In this document: positions 7,748 to 16,815 of the stretch, in pieces
Layout of the letters: every line of letters starts with the position of its first letter
Position numbering within the stretch: position 1 is the first letter of the stretch
Assembly: GCA_028818155.1 (NCBI GenBank)
Contig: JAPPOH010000014.1
Coordinates: forward strand, 75,042-139,041
Source: Candidatus Woesearchaeota archaeon
Lineage (GTDB): Archaea > Nanobdellota > Nanobdellia > Woesearchaeales > UBA525
DNA: 64,000 bases
Reading direction: 5' to 3'
Notes under the pieces: model-generated
Database searches by the model: none
What the model was told of the DNA's origin: nothing
The model's input: only the letters and a program-made list of their open reading frames with translations
Made by a program: the position numbers and the translations under genes

Positions 7748-10700
7748 TCATATTTTCAACGTCGTGACTTTACTAATCCCGTGCTCGTTCATGCTGATCC
7801 CGTAGAGGTTGTCAGCCTCTGAGATCACAGAATCGTTGTGGCTCACCACGATGTACTGTGCGTTCTTGCAATACTCACGGACTAATTTCGCGAGGCGCTC
7901 ACTATTGTGTTTATCTAATGCCGCGTCCACCTCATCAAGGATGTAGAAGTATGCTGGTTCGTGTTCTTGAATAGCAAACAAGAACGCAAGGGCGGTCATG
8001 GTCTTCTCTCCGCCTGAAAGGGAGCGAATGTCCATGAATTTTTTCCCTGTGAGTTTCACTTTAATGGAGATGCCACCCTCGAAGATATCATTCTTCTTCT
8101 CTATTTCCAGGAATGCTTCTCCTTTTGTGCTCAACGCGAGGAATATTTTCTTGAAGTTCTCGTTTAAGACTTCAAAGGTCTTCATGAAGATATCTTTCTT
8201 TTTACTGTCTATTTCGTTGATCATGACGAGGACATCTTGTCGCTCTAGTGTCAGCTTCTCTTTCTTTTCAACGATCTCTTTGTATTCTGTTTCCACATGC
8301 TCGTACATTTCGAGTGCTTTCATGTTTACTGCACCGATGCCTTCCAGTAATCGTTCGAACTGTTTAATCTCGAGGAGGCATGCTTCTTCCTTTTTGTCTT
8401 TGAAAACGTCAACATCTTCGTATTGTGCTGCCTCTTCTTCGAAGCCTGCCAACTCAGCCTTGATGCGCGCTAATTCCATGCTTGCATTCGTCACTTTGAT
8501 CTCGAATTCTCGAATTTTTAATTGGTTAGTATCCGCTTTCCCATCTAGTTCAGTGATTGTATTCGCTGCGACTTCTCGTTTCTTGAACAAATCTTTGAAT
8601 TGTGCGAGGAATTCTTTCTCTTTCGCGTCTTTTGCTTTGAGTTCTTTCTCTTGGACTTTGAGTGTTGCTGCGATTTCTGCTTGTTCTTTGGTGAAATCAT
8701 TGATTTCTTTGTCTTGTTGTTTCAGAATATTTTCAATACGTGCTGCTTCTGGGCCCAGGACGCTCTTCACTTGTGCTTCGTTCGTCTGGAGTTGTGTTTG
8801 CAGTTCTTGCATTCTCTCCCGAATGCTTTCTTGTTTCTCTTCGAAGCTTGTGAGCTGTGCTAAGACTTCTGGTGAGCGGAGTGCGCTGATCTGATCGCGG
8901 AGTTGTTGTTTTTCTATCTTGTATTTGGCGAGTTCTTTGTTTGCGCTGCTGACTTTCATCACAAGATCATCTAATTCTTTCTCTAATTCTTTGGAGCCTT
9001 TGATCAAGTTTTTCTTCTCTTCTTTGTTCAACCCGAGGTCCTCGCTGTCGATATGCAGTGTTTTCTCTAGCGTGATGATTTCTGCTTCTAAATTGCCTTT
9101 GTGTTCCCTGAGTCTGTCGATTGCTTCTTGGTTTTCTTTCCGTTTTCTCTCCACTGTTGCAAGGACGCCTTCTTGATCTGCTAACTCCACACTGAGTTTG
9201 TCGATTTTTTCCGTCATCTCTTTCTGCTGGAAGCCTGTTCCTCTCTTCTTCTGTCGGAAACCGCCTTGCATTGCGCCAGAGACTTCTGCTAAATCACCGT
9301 CTAGGGTAACAGTGCGGACTTTCCCAAGTTGTTTTCTTGCAGTGCTGAGGGAATCAACAACCCATGTGTTGCCAAAGACATACTTGAAGACTTTCTCGTA
9401 TCTGGTATCGAAATCTATTAACTCCACAGCAGCGCCGAGGACGCCAGGTGTTTTTCCTGGTTTCTTGACGTCTGGCGCTTTCAGCTTGTTCATTGGGAGG
9501 AATGTCGCGACGCCGTATTGGTTTTTTCGCAAATACTGAATACATTCGCTCGCTGTCTTATCGTCTTCAACAACAATACCATTAATGCGACCGCCAGCAG
9601 CAATCTCTAGCGCGACTTGGTGTTCTTTCTTGACTTTGCCGAGTTCTGCAACTGTGCCAATAATACCACGGATCTTTTCCTTTTGTTCTAATATCTTGCT
9701 GATAGCAATACCGCCAGCTGCACCTTCTTTCAACGAGGCGTTTTGTGCCTGTAATTTCGTTAAACTCTCTGTGATGGTTGCAACCTTCCCTCTTGCTGTC
9801 TGGATTTGTGATGCGTGTGTTGCATCATCAGATAATGCTTGCTGGAGTTCTTTTGTTAACTTCTTGAATGAATCTTGCTTGCTCTTGAGTGTGGCGAGTT
9901 GTCCTTTGTTTGTTTTTTCCGCTTCGAGCACTTTTGCGATTTTCTCATCTGCTTGCTCAATCAGAATGTCTTTCTTGTCCTTTTCACGAAGAAGCTCTTG
10001 CTGTTCCGCACGAAGTTTGCCGAGTTCTTCTTGGAGTTGCTCCGCCTTTTTATCAATCTCCTCCATCTGTTTGTCGACGCGGCCTGCATCGTCCACTGCA
10101 TGTTTTGCCTTGAACTGCTTTATTCTTGCGTCAACCTGTGCTTTTTCTTTCTCGTGTTCTCGGAGATCTTTCTGGACGGTTTTCTTTTCTTCTTCGATGT
10201 ACTTGATTTTGTCGAAGAGCTCTTTGTTTGCGTTTTTGAGCTCGTTTTTTCTATCTTTGACCTTTTGAATCTCATCTCGGAGCTGTTTTGTTCGTGCTTT
10301 CTTGACTTCGATTTGGACGCGGAGTTCTTCCACTTCCTTGTGGAGTGCGACTTGCTCTTTCTCGCCTTTGCGCTCGATCTCTTTGTTGACCGCGTCTACT
10401 TCTTTTCTGTGGACTTTGATTTGTTCCTTGAGTTCTTCGATTTCTGCTGTGAGTTTGTCTATTTGTTCTTGGTTTTTTGTGATAACTGCTTCGAACTTGT
10501 CTTTCTCTGCCGTTTTTTTGTTCATTTTGTTCGTGAGGACCGTTTTCTTGTTTCTTCTGAGCTTGTCCTGGAGGTCTTTGAACTTCATCGCTTGGTCTCG
10601 CTCGGATTTCAGTTCTTTCAAGTATGCTTCTCGTTCTGTGATGATGATTTGCGTCTCGTTGAGTTTTTCTTCTACCCTGTTGAGTTCGTTGAGTGCTTTC

Positions 10701-12874
10701 TGTTTCTTTTCTTCGTAGATGCCGATGCCTGCGATTTCTTCGATGAGGCCTCGTCGTTCAATGCCGGACATCTCAATCAGGTGGACGATATCTCCTTGCA
10801 AGATGATATTGTGCCCGTCAGGGCTGATTCTCGCTTTTTCAAGAAGGCCGACGACCTCTGTTCGTGTTCGTTTCTTATCGTTGATGTAGTAGTCGCTCTG
10901 TCCGGACTGTTTGATTCTTCGTGTGACTTTGAGTTCTTTTTCTTCAACACCGAAAATGTTTGATTTGTTCTCGAAATAGATGGAGACGGAGCCTTCTTTG
11001 GCGGGATTCTTTGCTTTGCCGCCGTTGTAGATTAAGTTGGCTGATTTTTCTGCTCGAAGTCCTTTCGCGCCAGACTTACCGAGCACGAACACGAGCGCGT
11101 CGAGGATGTTGCTGTTGTGGACGAACAAATTGTTTGCGACAAAGTTATGATTACCATAAATGCAAAGATCATACACGTATTTTGAACCTGGCACTTCTTC
11201 GATTGATGTGATTTCTTCCCAGACAATGTCTGATGATGCGAGTGTTTCGAGAATTTGAAGTTTTTGATCTGCGACGACCAAAATGTCTGAAAGTTCTTCA
11301 AGAAGCGCTGTGTAAAGTTGTTCAACTTTTGCAGGTGCAGCAACGCATTGTTGTGTTGCCCATCTGTCACCGACCTTTTTTGGGTGTAATCCGAGCTCAA
11401 TACTCGCATGACGCATCGGAATATTCGCTATTTTTAACGTTTGAATCAAACTCATTTGGTTTTTTTGCATGTTTCGAATCGCATTCGCGAGTTCATCCCA
11501 TCGTGCTCGAGCGAGCTTTGTTACTATTTGGATTCCTTTTCGTGAGGGACAGCAACGATTCTCGACATATGCAGCTAACCTCGGATATTCTTTTCGCAAG
11601 CACTTCGGCTGCATCCTGAGTACCGTCACGAGATCCTTTACGATGTTGTTTGTTTCTCGCGGAAGCACATCGCTATTTGGGTTTGTTTGGACGTTTCGTG
11701 ATGCCCAGTGCTGCAATCGCTCTTGTTTCATTCTATGCTGAATGGGAATTTGCATGAATTTCTGCAGATTTTCTTGTCCTTCAATAGAAATTGTTGTGTA
11801 TTCTCTTTTGATTTTTGCTTTTGTATTTGTTGCGCACTTGAGAGATGTCGTTTTTCTCGAGAGAATGCCGAATCGAAGGAGAAGAAGCTGTACTTGATCG
11901 ATGAGTTTCGCATTCTTCATAGTGAGTTCAATTGTTGGCGTTGTGTGACTTACATAGCCGTCTGTGTCGATTAACCCGCTGATTAAGGATGCAATTGATT
12001 CCTTACTAGAGTGCATAAAAACATCAGGAATGTGCTTACAATCTGTCTTAATTGGTTTTCCTTGTGGCGCTTTAAACACCGATGCAAGGAATAAAGGTAG
12101 TTTTTTTGTGCAGAACGTTGCAATATATGCATTATTTCTCTTTGCAATTCGTGGTTCAGTAATATTGAATAGTTCCTTGGTTAGATTGATCCACTCGTCA
12201 AGGAGGTGTTTCTTAGCATTTGTCAGTTCAACTCTCTGATGATGTATATATCCATCGCCAATAACAATACCCAACCATCTCCCAAAGTTCCTACTCGTAT
12301 GCTCTGGAAATCTTATGTATTTATCTCGTTTTGACAATGATTTGATGTCTGGACATTGTGGAAGTGCTTGTTCCTCTCCTTGAATATCCAATTCTCTCGG
12401 TGCTGCGATTCTACACCCTTCCGCAAGATTATCGACAACTTCTGAACGTACTTCGCCATCTTTGAGAATCATCACAGGGTGGCAGCCCGTTGTTGTTGCA
12501 CTCTTTCCTGATTTTGTTGTGAATTTGTAGAGTGTTTTCTCCCCCTCACGCCTTGCGAACGCACCGACTGGGCGCTCCTCGACTTTCATCGTCTTAGGGT
12601 TTAAGGTGAGCACTGTTGTATCTGATGTGTTCTTGCAATAGACTCCATCATCTAATGGGAGGAATTCCGTTGCGTTTTCGAGTTCTTTTTCGACGAGTTC
12701 GCCTATTTTGACGACTGATCCATCTCCTAAGAGTACTTCAGTGTCCGGGCTCGTACTTTTCCCAGCTCCGTTCGGACCAAGTACTGAGGAGAACTTCTTG
12801 CCGAACACTAATTCCGTCGGTTTTGCAAAGGACTTAAAGCCCTTCATCTCCATACGTGTAATCCTCGTTCCCAC
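7748..12874 (-). CDS. smc: SMC chromosome segregation ATPase, interrupted by an intein
   Basis: GFKSF N-terminus. Walker A GPNGAGK is broken by the intein and resumes SNILDALVFVLG. Long coiled coils and hinge, LSGGEKTMTALAFLFA signature, FYILDEVDAALD Walker B. GTG 12874 chosen because TATA TTTAAATA sits about 22-30 nt upstream. About 1160 aa without the intein. Confidence 0.9.
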   Translation of the reverse strand: MGTRITRMEMKGFKSFAKPTELVFGKKFSSVLGPNGAGKSTSPDTEVLLGDGSVVKIGELVEKELENATEFLPLDDGVYCKNTSDTTVLTLNPKTMKVEERPVGAFARREGEKTLYKFTTKSGKSATTTGCHPVMILKDGEVRSEVVDNLAEGCRIAAPRELDIQGEEQALPQCPDIKSLSKRDKYIRFPEHTSRNFGRWLGIVIGDGYIHHQRVELTNAKKHLLDEWINLTKELFNITEPRIAKRNNAYIATFCTKKLPLFLASVFKAPQGKPIKTDCKHIPDVFMHSSKESIASLISGLIDTDGYVSHTTPTIELTMKNAKLIDQVQLLLLRFGILSRKTTSLKCATNTKAKIKREYTTISIEGQENLQKFMQIPIQHRMKQERLQHWASRNVQTNPNSDVLPRETNNIVKDLVTVLRMQPKCLRKEYPRLAAYVENRCCPSRKGIQIVTKLARARWDELANAIRNMQKNQMSLIQTLKIANIPMRHASIELGLHPKKVGDRWATQQCVAAPAKVEQLYTALLEELSDILVVADQKLQILETLASSDIVWEEITSIEEVPGSKYVYDLCIYGNHNFVANNLFVHNSNILDALVFVLGKSGAKGLRAEKSANLIYNGGKAKNPAKEGSVSIYFENKSNIFGVEEKELKVTRRIKQSGQSDYYINDKKRTRTEVVGLLEKARISPDGHNIILQGDIVHLIEMSGIERRGLIEEIAGIGIYEEKKQKALNELNRVEEKLNETQIIITEREAYLKELKSERDQAMKFKDLQDKLRRNKKTVLTNKMNKKTAEKDKFEAVITKNQEQIDKLTAEIEELKEQIKVHRKEVDAVNKEIERKGEKEQVALHKEVEELRVQIEVKKARTKQLRDEIQKVKDRKNELKNANKELFDKIKYIEEEKKTVQKDLREHEKEKAQVDARIKQFKAKHAVDDAGRVDKQMEEIDKKAEQLQEELGKLRAEQQELLREKDKKDILIEQADEKIAKVLEAEKTNKGQLATLKSKQDSFKKLTKELQQALSDDATHASQIQTARGKVATITESLTKLQAQNASLKEGAAGGIAISKILEQKEKIRGIIGTVAELGKVKKEHQVALEIAAGGRINGIVVEDDKTASECIQYLRKNQYGVATFLPMNKLKAPDVKKPGKTPGVLGAAVELIDFDTRYEKVFKYVFGNTWVVDSLSTARKQLGKVRTVTLDGDLAEVSGAMQGGFRQKKRGTGFQQKEMTEKIDKLSVELADQEGVLATVERKRKENQEAIDRLREHKGNLEAEIITLEKTLHIDSEDLGLNKEEKKNLIKGSKELEKELDDLVMKVSSANKELAKYKIEKQQLRDQISALRSPEVLAQLTSFEEKQESIRERMQELQTQLQTNEAQVKSVLGPEAARIENILKQQDKEINDFTKEQAEIAATLKVQEKELKAKDAKEKEFLAQFKDLFKKREVAANTITELDGKADTNQLKIREFEIKVTNASMELARIKAELAGFEEEAAQYEDVDVFKDKKEEACLLEIKQFERLLEGIGAVNMKALEMYEHVETEYKEIVEKKEKLTLERQDVLVMINEIDSKKKDIFMKTFEVLNENFKKIFLALSTKGEAFLEIEKKNDIFEGGISIKVKLTGKKFMDIRSLSGGEKTMTALAFLFAIQEHEPAYFYILDEVDAALDKHNSERLAKLVREYCKNAQYIVVSHNDSVISEADNLYGISMNEHGISKVTTLKI
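11114..12757 (-). mobile_element. 548-aa intein with LAGLIDADG homing-endonuclease domain inserted in the SMC P-loop
   Basis: N-terminal splicing block begins S-TSPDTEVLLGDG. TxxH block (TTGCHPV). Two LAGLIDADG motifs (LGIVIGDGY, LISGLIDTDGYV). C-terminal block ...NHNFVANNLFVHN is followed by +1 Ser. Removing it restores GPNGAGKSNILDAL. Confidence 0.85.
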
Positions 12875-12963
12875 ATCACCATTTCCTTTAAGAACGTATT
12901 TAAAGCTTTCGAGGAGGTCTCGACGGCAAAGAAATATATAAGGCATCATTCCTTCTATCCGAC
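12875..12963. promoter_or_regulatory. divergent promoter region (smc and the membrane protein gene)
   Basis: TTTAAATA on the minus strand (about 12893-12900) lies upstream of GTG 12874. AAATATATAAGG (12932-12943) lies 26 nt upstream of ATG 12964. Confidence 0.6.
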
Positions 12964-13689
12964 ATGAACAAGAAAATGGTATTTGTCTATATTTTCTGTG
13001 GGCTCCTTCTGACCGCAACATATGGAGTCTATATGATTAGCAACGACATTGGTTTTGTTATTCTAATGTGTGTCATCACAGCCATATTTTTTTCTCTCGC
13101 ACGTATTCGATTTGTCAAAGGAAATATTGTACAGCATGATTTGAGCATGTACAGGTTAATTTGGAAAGAAGATGCAAAGAATGAGACTCCTGAGGAGAAT
13201 CTTGCTAAGACAAAAAAACACGCACGTATTTTCATCGGTCTTCTTGTGCTTCTCTTGGTGCTTGCCCTTCTGCCATCTAGCCCGCTTCTCACTCAACTAC
13301 TGTTTGTGGTTGGAGCTATTGCAGTGCTGTTCTTAGTCGCTGTGCTTGTCGGGTTTTTTGTTCATCTTGTGCCTTATGAAAAGAACGATAATGTCGAAGT
13401 CTATCAAGAAGGAATCAAATGCTTCAACAACTTCTTTTCCTGGAAGCAGGTGCAGGAGATCTCATTCCCTGGTTCATACAAAGCTGCTCAGAAAACTGGA
13501 AGAGCGCTTGCGGTCGTTGGTCCCCTTGTACGCAGCCTTTGGGGATCACTCTCAACGTACGCAGCTGCAGGGAGAAGTAGCACCACAATACGAATCAAAG
13601 CAGATAATCGAATTTTCCTTATGGAGGTAAGAAAAATACAAAAATTTCAGCAAGCATTAGCTGCTGCAGGGTACAAACAATCACAATAA
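12964..13689 (+). CDS. membrane protein, unknown function
   Basis: Four predicted TM helices plus a soluble C-terminal domain. Good TATA spacing. No family recognised. Confidence 0.5.
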   Translation: MNKKMVFVYIFCGLLLTATYGVYMISNDIGFVILMCVITAIFFSLARIRFVKGNIVQHDLSMYRLIWKEDAKNETPEENLAKTKKHARIFIGLLVLLLVLALLPSSPLLTQLLFVVGAIAVLFLVAVLVGFFVHLVPYEKNDNVEVYQEGIKCFNNFFSWKQVQEISFPGSYKAAQKTGRALAVVGPLVRSLWGSLSTYAAAGRSSTTIRIKADNRIFLMEVRKIQKFQQALAAAGYKQSQ

Positions 13690-14523
13690 CTTCTCAACCG
13701 CTTCCTTCTCCGGCCCCTGCACGACAACCTTCCCCGTCGTATACTTGATCACCGTCGTCCTGTCCTTCTTCATCCGGATCACTTCGTACTGGTTCGTTGG
13801 CTCACAGAAAGAGAAGCCATGCTCCTTCAAAAACTCAAATTTCTCCACTTCTTTCTTGTGCTCTGGGGCTTTCTCGCCGAAGTCTTCGAGCGTTGGTTGT
13901 GACATCCGTTTGTAACTCTGCCATGATTTCCGGAAGAAGTCATGTCCTTCCTTCCATTGACTTTTTAAAAATGCTTGCGTCTTGGGATCTGCAGGATATC
14001 CACTCCCGATATCCCCGAATTCCTCTTTGAGTGCCGCGATTTCTCTATCTCTCGTCACTTTCGCGAAAATACTCGCAGCTCCAACGACAGGATAGTTTGC
14101 ATCCGCTTTGATTTCGCATTGTAACGTAAGATGTTCGTGTTTTGGATCTAATTTAACGAGTGCTTCGCGAACCACAGCTTCGTATTTCTCCGTACTTTTT
14201 GTCGGGGAATCAAGAATTACTTTTTCTACTGGAGTATGTTGCACTAATTTATGAATTAAAAGTGCTGAGGTCCGCGCTTCTAGCAAATTCAGGTTATCAT
14301 GCTGGCCGTCCACAGCCGCGTCGATCTCTGCCGGAGATACAGAAATGATCTCATGAGGAATATCAAGCTGTTCGAAGAGTTGTTCTCTCTTTTCTGGTGT
14401 GAGGTCCTTACTATCACGAACTCCTCGTTTTCTGAGGCCTTCCTCATCTTCCGTGGCTGCGATAGCCATAACCATTGAAGCTAGCACAGGCCCACGGCCG
14501 CTCTCGTCAATACCTGCGATCAT
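13681..14523 (-). CDS. rnhB: ribonuclease HII with C-terminal extra domain
   Basis: IAGIDESGRGPVLASMV catalytic N-terminus, DSKDLT, ASIFAKVTRD, GSGYPADP. Roughly 70 extra C-terminal residues. Confidence 0.85.
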   Translation of the reverse strand: MIAGIDESGRGPVLASMVMAIAATEDEEGLRKRGVRDSKDLTPEKREQLFEQLDIPHEIISVSPAEIDAAVDGQHDNLNLLEARTSALLIHKLVQHTPVEKVILDSPTKSTEKYEAVVREALVKLDPKHEHLTLQCEIKADANYPVVGAASIFAKVTRDREIAALKEEFGDIGSGYPADPKTQAFLKSQWKEGHDFFRKSWQSYKRMSQPTLEDFGEKAPEHKKEVEKFEFLKEHGFSFCEPTNQYEVIRMKKDRTTVIKYTTGKVVVQGPEKEAVEKLL

Positions 14524-14804
14524 GATCCCCCAAAAAAACTTTATCCTTTAAAAAGACTTTCTCCTGTTTTTCTGAATCCAATAGGGAATTCTGCCGGCCC
14601 GGAAATATATGACTTTATGTTCATTTTAAGTTCCTCGTGATACTTCTTTCTTGATTGTTGTATCATCCATGCAGATGCTAATTTTACATTTCATTGCTAC
14701 CTGTAGCAATTTTAAGCAGTTTACTAATATTATCACTTCTAAATAATATATTACGTTTACTTTTGAAAAGTAAAGTATATAAACACTCACGAAATTGCAC
14801 TAGA

Positions 14805-15527
14805 ATGGACGTGAAAACACAGCTCGAGCAGGCAGCCACGAGAGCACAGAGCGGTGAAGCATTCATAATTCTCAGAAGAAAGCACGAAGAGCTTGTGTAC
14901 GCTCAGGAAGTACTCATGCAACCAGCATTCTTCGATTCAGAAAGACTACTTCTTGTCTACGCAGGAGACGGACCAAGCAATGCGCTCACTGCATCGCTGC
15001 AAGAAGATTTCGGCGGTGAACGAACAACATACAACGGTTTTCCTGCACTCAGCGTTCCGGAACGTACCACAATCCCCTCAACAAGAGCATATTCGCCATT
15101 TGTTGTCACCTTCCACGAAGTGTCGCTCACGGCGCCACAACAAGGTGCGAAAAGAGGTAAACCAGAACGAGCGTATTTCCAGCCAGACGACAAGCATCAG
15201 CCACAATGCGATGTAGGTGAAGAATTTGAAACGACTACTTCACAAACAGGTCTGAAGAGGAGTTTTTTCCAGGCCAAGAGCCACATGAGACGCTTTTTAC
15301 CAGGACTCAAACGTAGAGTGGATGTTGCATACACACACGGTGGCGAAGAAAAAGTGGCAGTTGCAGTCAGAACTGCAGCACCCAGAGGAATGTTTCTTGG
15401 CGCTCCAGCAGGAGAGTATGTACAAGGCGCAGACATAGGAACACTCTATGCAGATAAAGGTATTGGAGTTGGAGACCCACTTCGGTTCCGCGTGAGAACT
15501 CCAGGAATGATTCTCGAGCTTCTTTAA
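14805..15527 (+). CDS. hypothetical protein
   Basis: ATG 14805 has a TATA (GTATATAAA, 14775-14783) 26 nt upstream; the track ORF starts earlier, at 14694. No motif recognised. Confidence 0.45.
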   Translation: MDVKTQLEQAATRAQSGEAFIILRRKHEELVYAQEVLMQPAFFDSERLLLVYAGDGPSNALTASLQEDFGGERTTYNGFPALSVPERTTIPSTRAYSPFVVTFHEVSLTAPQQGAKRGKPERAYFQPDDKHQPQCDVGEEFETTTSQTGLKRSFFQAKSHMRRFLPGLKRRVDVAYTHGGEEKVAVAVRTAAPRGMFLGAPAGEYVQGADIGTLYADKGIGVGDPLRFRVRTPGMILELL

Positions 15528-15533
15528 GGAATC

Positions 15534-15542
15534 TTTAAAAAT
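15534..15542 (+). promoter_or_regulatory. TATA box of the tRNA gene
   Basis: TTTAAAAAT lies 25-33 nt upstream of tRNA position 1. Confidence 0.55.
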
Positions 15543-15566
15543 GCTCCTCTTCTCTCGTCAAGAAAT

Positions 15567-15650
15567 GCCTCCGTAGCTCAGCGGTAGAGCGGCTGCCTCG
15601 TATGTTTCCGAGAGAGCAGCAGGTCGTGAGTTCAAATCTCATCGGGGGCT
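15567..15650 (+). tRNA. tRNA-Thr (anticodon CGU) with 12-nt intron after position 37
   Basis: Manual cloverleaf: acceptor GCCUCCG/CGGGGGC, D arm GCUC-AGCGGUA-GAGC, anticodon stem GCUGC/GCAGC, T arm GUGAG-UUCAAAU-CUCAU, discriminator U. Intron 15603-15614 fits a BHB-like fold. CCA is not encoded. Confidence 0.8.
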
Positions 15651-15965
15651 TTTCACAGCAAGCGGTTTTTCGAGTACTCTCTCCGTTTCCGTTTCTATCA
15701 CGAACCAGTAGAATGTAAGAAATTTTTTCACTTCAGGTGTCTCTTTACACAGTTTGTACATCTTCGCTTTGCCAACTTTTCTTGTTTGCACGACAATGTT
15801 TCGTGCTTCCATATCTTTCCAGAATGATTTCAATGTTGTGTAGCCCACATTTGCTTGCTTCGCTATGTCTTTCATCGAATAATCATAGTCTTCAAATGTA
15901 ATAAGAAAATCAAGCACTCGAAGTATTGGCGTATCCCCATATGCTTGGAGGAAGAGTGATTTCAT
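15639..15965 (-). CDS. small winged-helix transcriptional regulator
   Basis: The PILRVLDFL...YSMKDIAKQANVGYTTLKSFWKDMEARNIV pattern is typical of archaeal wHTH regulators. TATA lies 26 nt upstream. The 3' end overlaps the tRNA 3' end by 12 nt on the opposite strand. Confidence 0.6.
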   Translation of the reverse strand: MKSLFLQAYGDTPILRVLDFLITFEDYDYSMKDIAKQANVGYTTLKSFWKDMEARNIVVQTRKVGKAKMYKLCKETPEVKKFLTFYWFVIETETERVLEKPLAVKSPR

Positions 15966-16039
15966 GGGAGAAGAAGAGAAACTCCCTTTATAAAGTTTTC
16001 TCTAAAGTCTTTCAAGAGTCTTTTTCAGAAACTTTTAAC

Positions 16040-16059
16040 ATACTATATTTATATAGTAT
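16040..16059. promoter_or_regulatory. TATA-containing palindrome ATACTATAT-TT-ATATAGTAT
   Basis: Perfect 9-bp inverted repeat centred about 28 nt upstream of ATG 16078. Confidence 0.5.
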
Positions 16060-16077
16060 CCTTGCTTCCTTACACCC

Positions 16078-16341
16078 ATGTCAAAGATACCGAAAAGCAG
16101 CTACATAACTATCTCGAAAGCACTGATTCGCAAACTCTACAAGCTAGGTTGCTGGGGCAAAGGCTCGCTCTATGAAGACAATCTCAAAGATGACTTTCCC
16201 CAAAAAGAGAAAGGAAATGTGCTGCTCGTTGCCGAGTCACTCTGCAACCAAGGCATCCTCTGCAAGAAACCGAAAAAATACGGACACAAGTACTATTTGA
16301 ACCTCGAACAAAGAGAAAAAATAGAAGCAATACGAAAATGA
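16078..16341 (+). CDS. small basic hypothetical protein (possible DNA-binding)
   Basis: 87-aa ORF with a well-placed promoter. No family recognised. Confidence 0.45.
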   Translation: MSKIPKSSYITISKALIRKLYKLGCWGKGSLYEDNLKDDFPQKEKGNVLLVAESLCNQGILCKKPKKYGHKYYLNLEQREKIEAIRK

Positions 16342-16815
16342 TCACAACCGATACGCAGCTTCCAGCTTCGGATCCACTTGATATTTCCGCTCGATATAAT
16401 ACACGACAGCTAAAGAAACGATCAGCGCGGCAAGACCGAAGAGTTTCATCGCATCCACTTCGAAGACTTTGAAGATCACTTCACGCACGACAGAAATCAG
16501 CGCAATCTCCACGATACGCATGACCTTGATGTGATGATACTTCAAATATGTCACGAGAATCATGAACAATTCCAGCAGAATCAGCATGAACAACACCAAG
16601 TCAACGGCAACATGCACGTTCGCACTCGCTGCAGCGCTGAACATCGCGCCAATCTGCGTTGTCAAAATATATAGTACGCCAACAATCAAGCAGAAGATGA
16701 ACGCAATCAGAATATAATCAAAGAATCTGATCGCCCAATCTTCCAACCATTCAATCCATGGCGGGTGCTTGTGATCGTGCGCCTTCGGCAGGCGCCTCGT
16801 GATTTTTGGCGTCAT
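16342..16815 (-). CDS. PsiE-like membrane protein
   Basis: Four TM helices. The LILLELFMILVTYLKYHH...VEIALISVVREVIF pattern resembles PsiE from memory. ATGA overlap with the upstream kinase gene. Confidence 0.5.
   Translation of the reverse strand: MTPKITRRLPKAHDHKHPPWIEWLEDWAIRFFDYILIAFIFCLIVGVLYILTTQIGAMFSAAASANVHVAVDLVLFMLILLELFMILVTYLKYHHIKVMRIVEIALISVVREVIFKVFEVDAMKLFGLAALIVSLAVVYYIERKYQVDPKLEAAYRL

Noticed and set aside
7998-11974. Many long ORFs antisense to, or out of frame with, smc (for example 7998..8894, 9585..10268, 9875..10963, 10302..10718).
   Set aside because: They lie entirely inside the well-supported SMC ORF. Their Leu/Phe/Ser/Cys-rich low-complexity translations are what the reverse complement of Glu/Lys-rich coiled-coil codons produces. 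None has its own promoter signal.
12875-13021. The 49-codon N-terminal extension of smc (MLRSEGAHRKY...).
   Set aside because: It would run through both divergent TATA boxes and overlap the start of 12964..13689. The SMC homology begins at RITRMEMKGFKSF, just after GTG 12874.
14560-14804. The AT-rich 250-bp intergenic region considered as a replication origin.
   Set aside because: No repeated origin-recognition-box-like elements and no adjacent orc1/cdc6 gene. It contains ordinary divergent promoters plus one short palindrome, reported separately at low interest.
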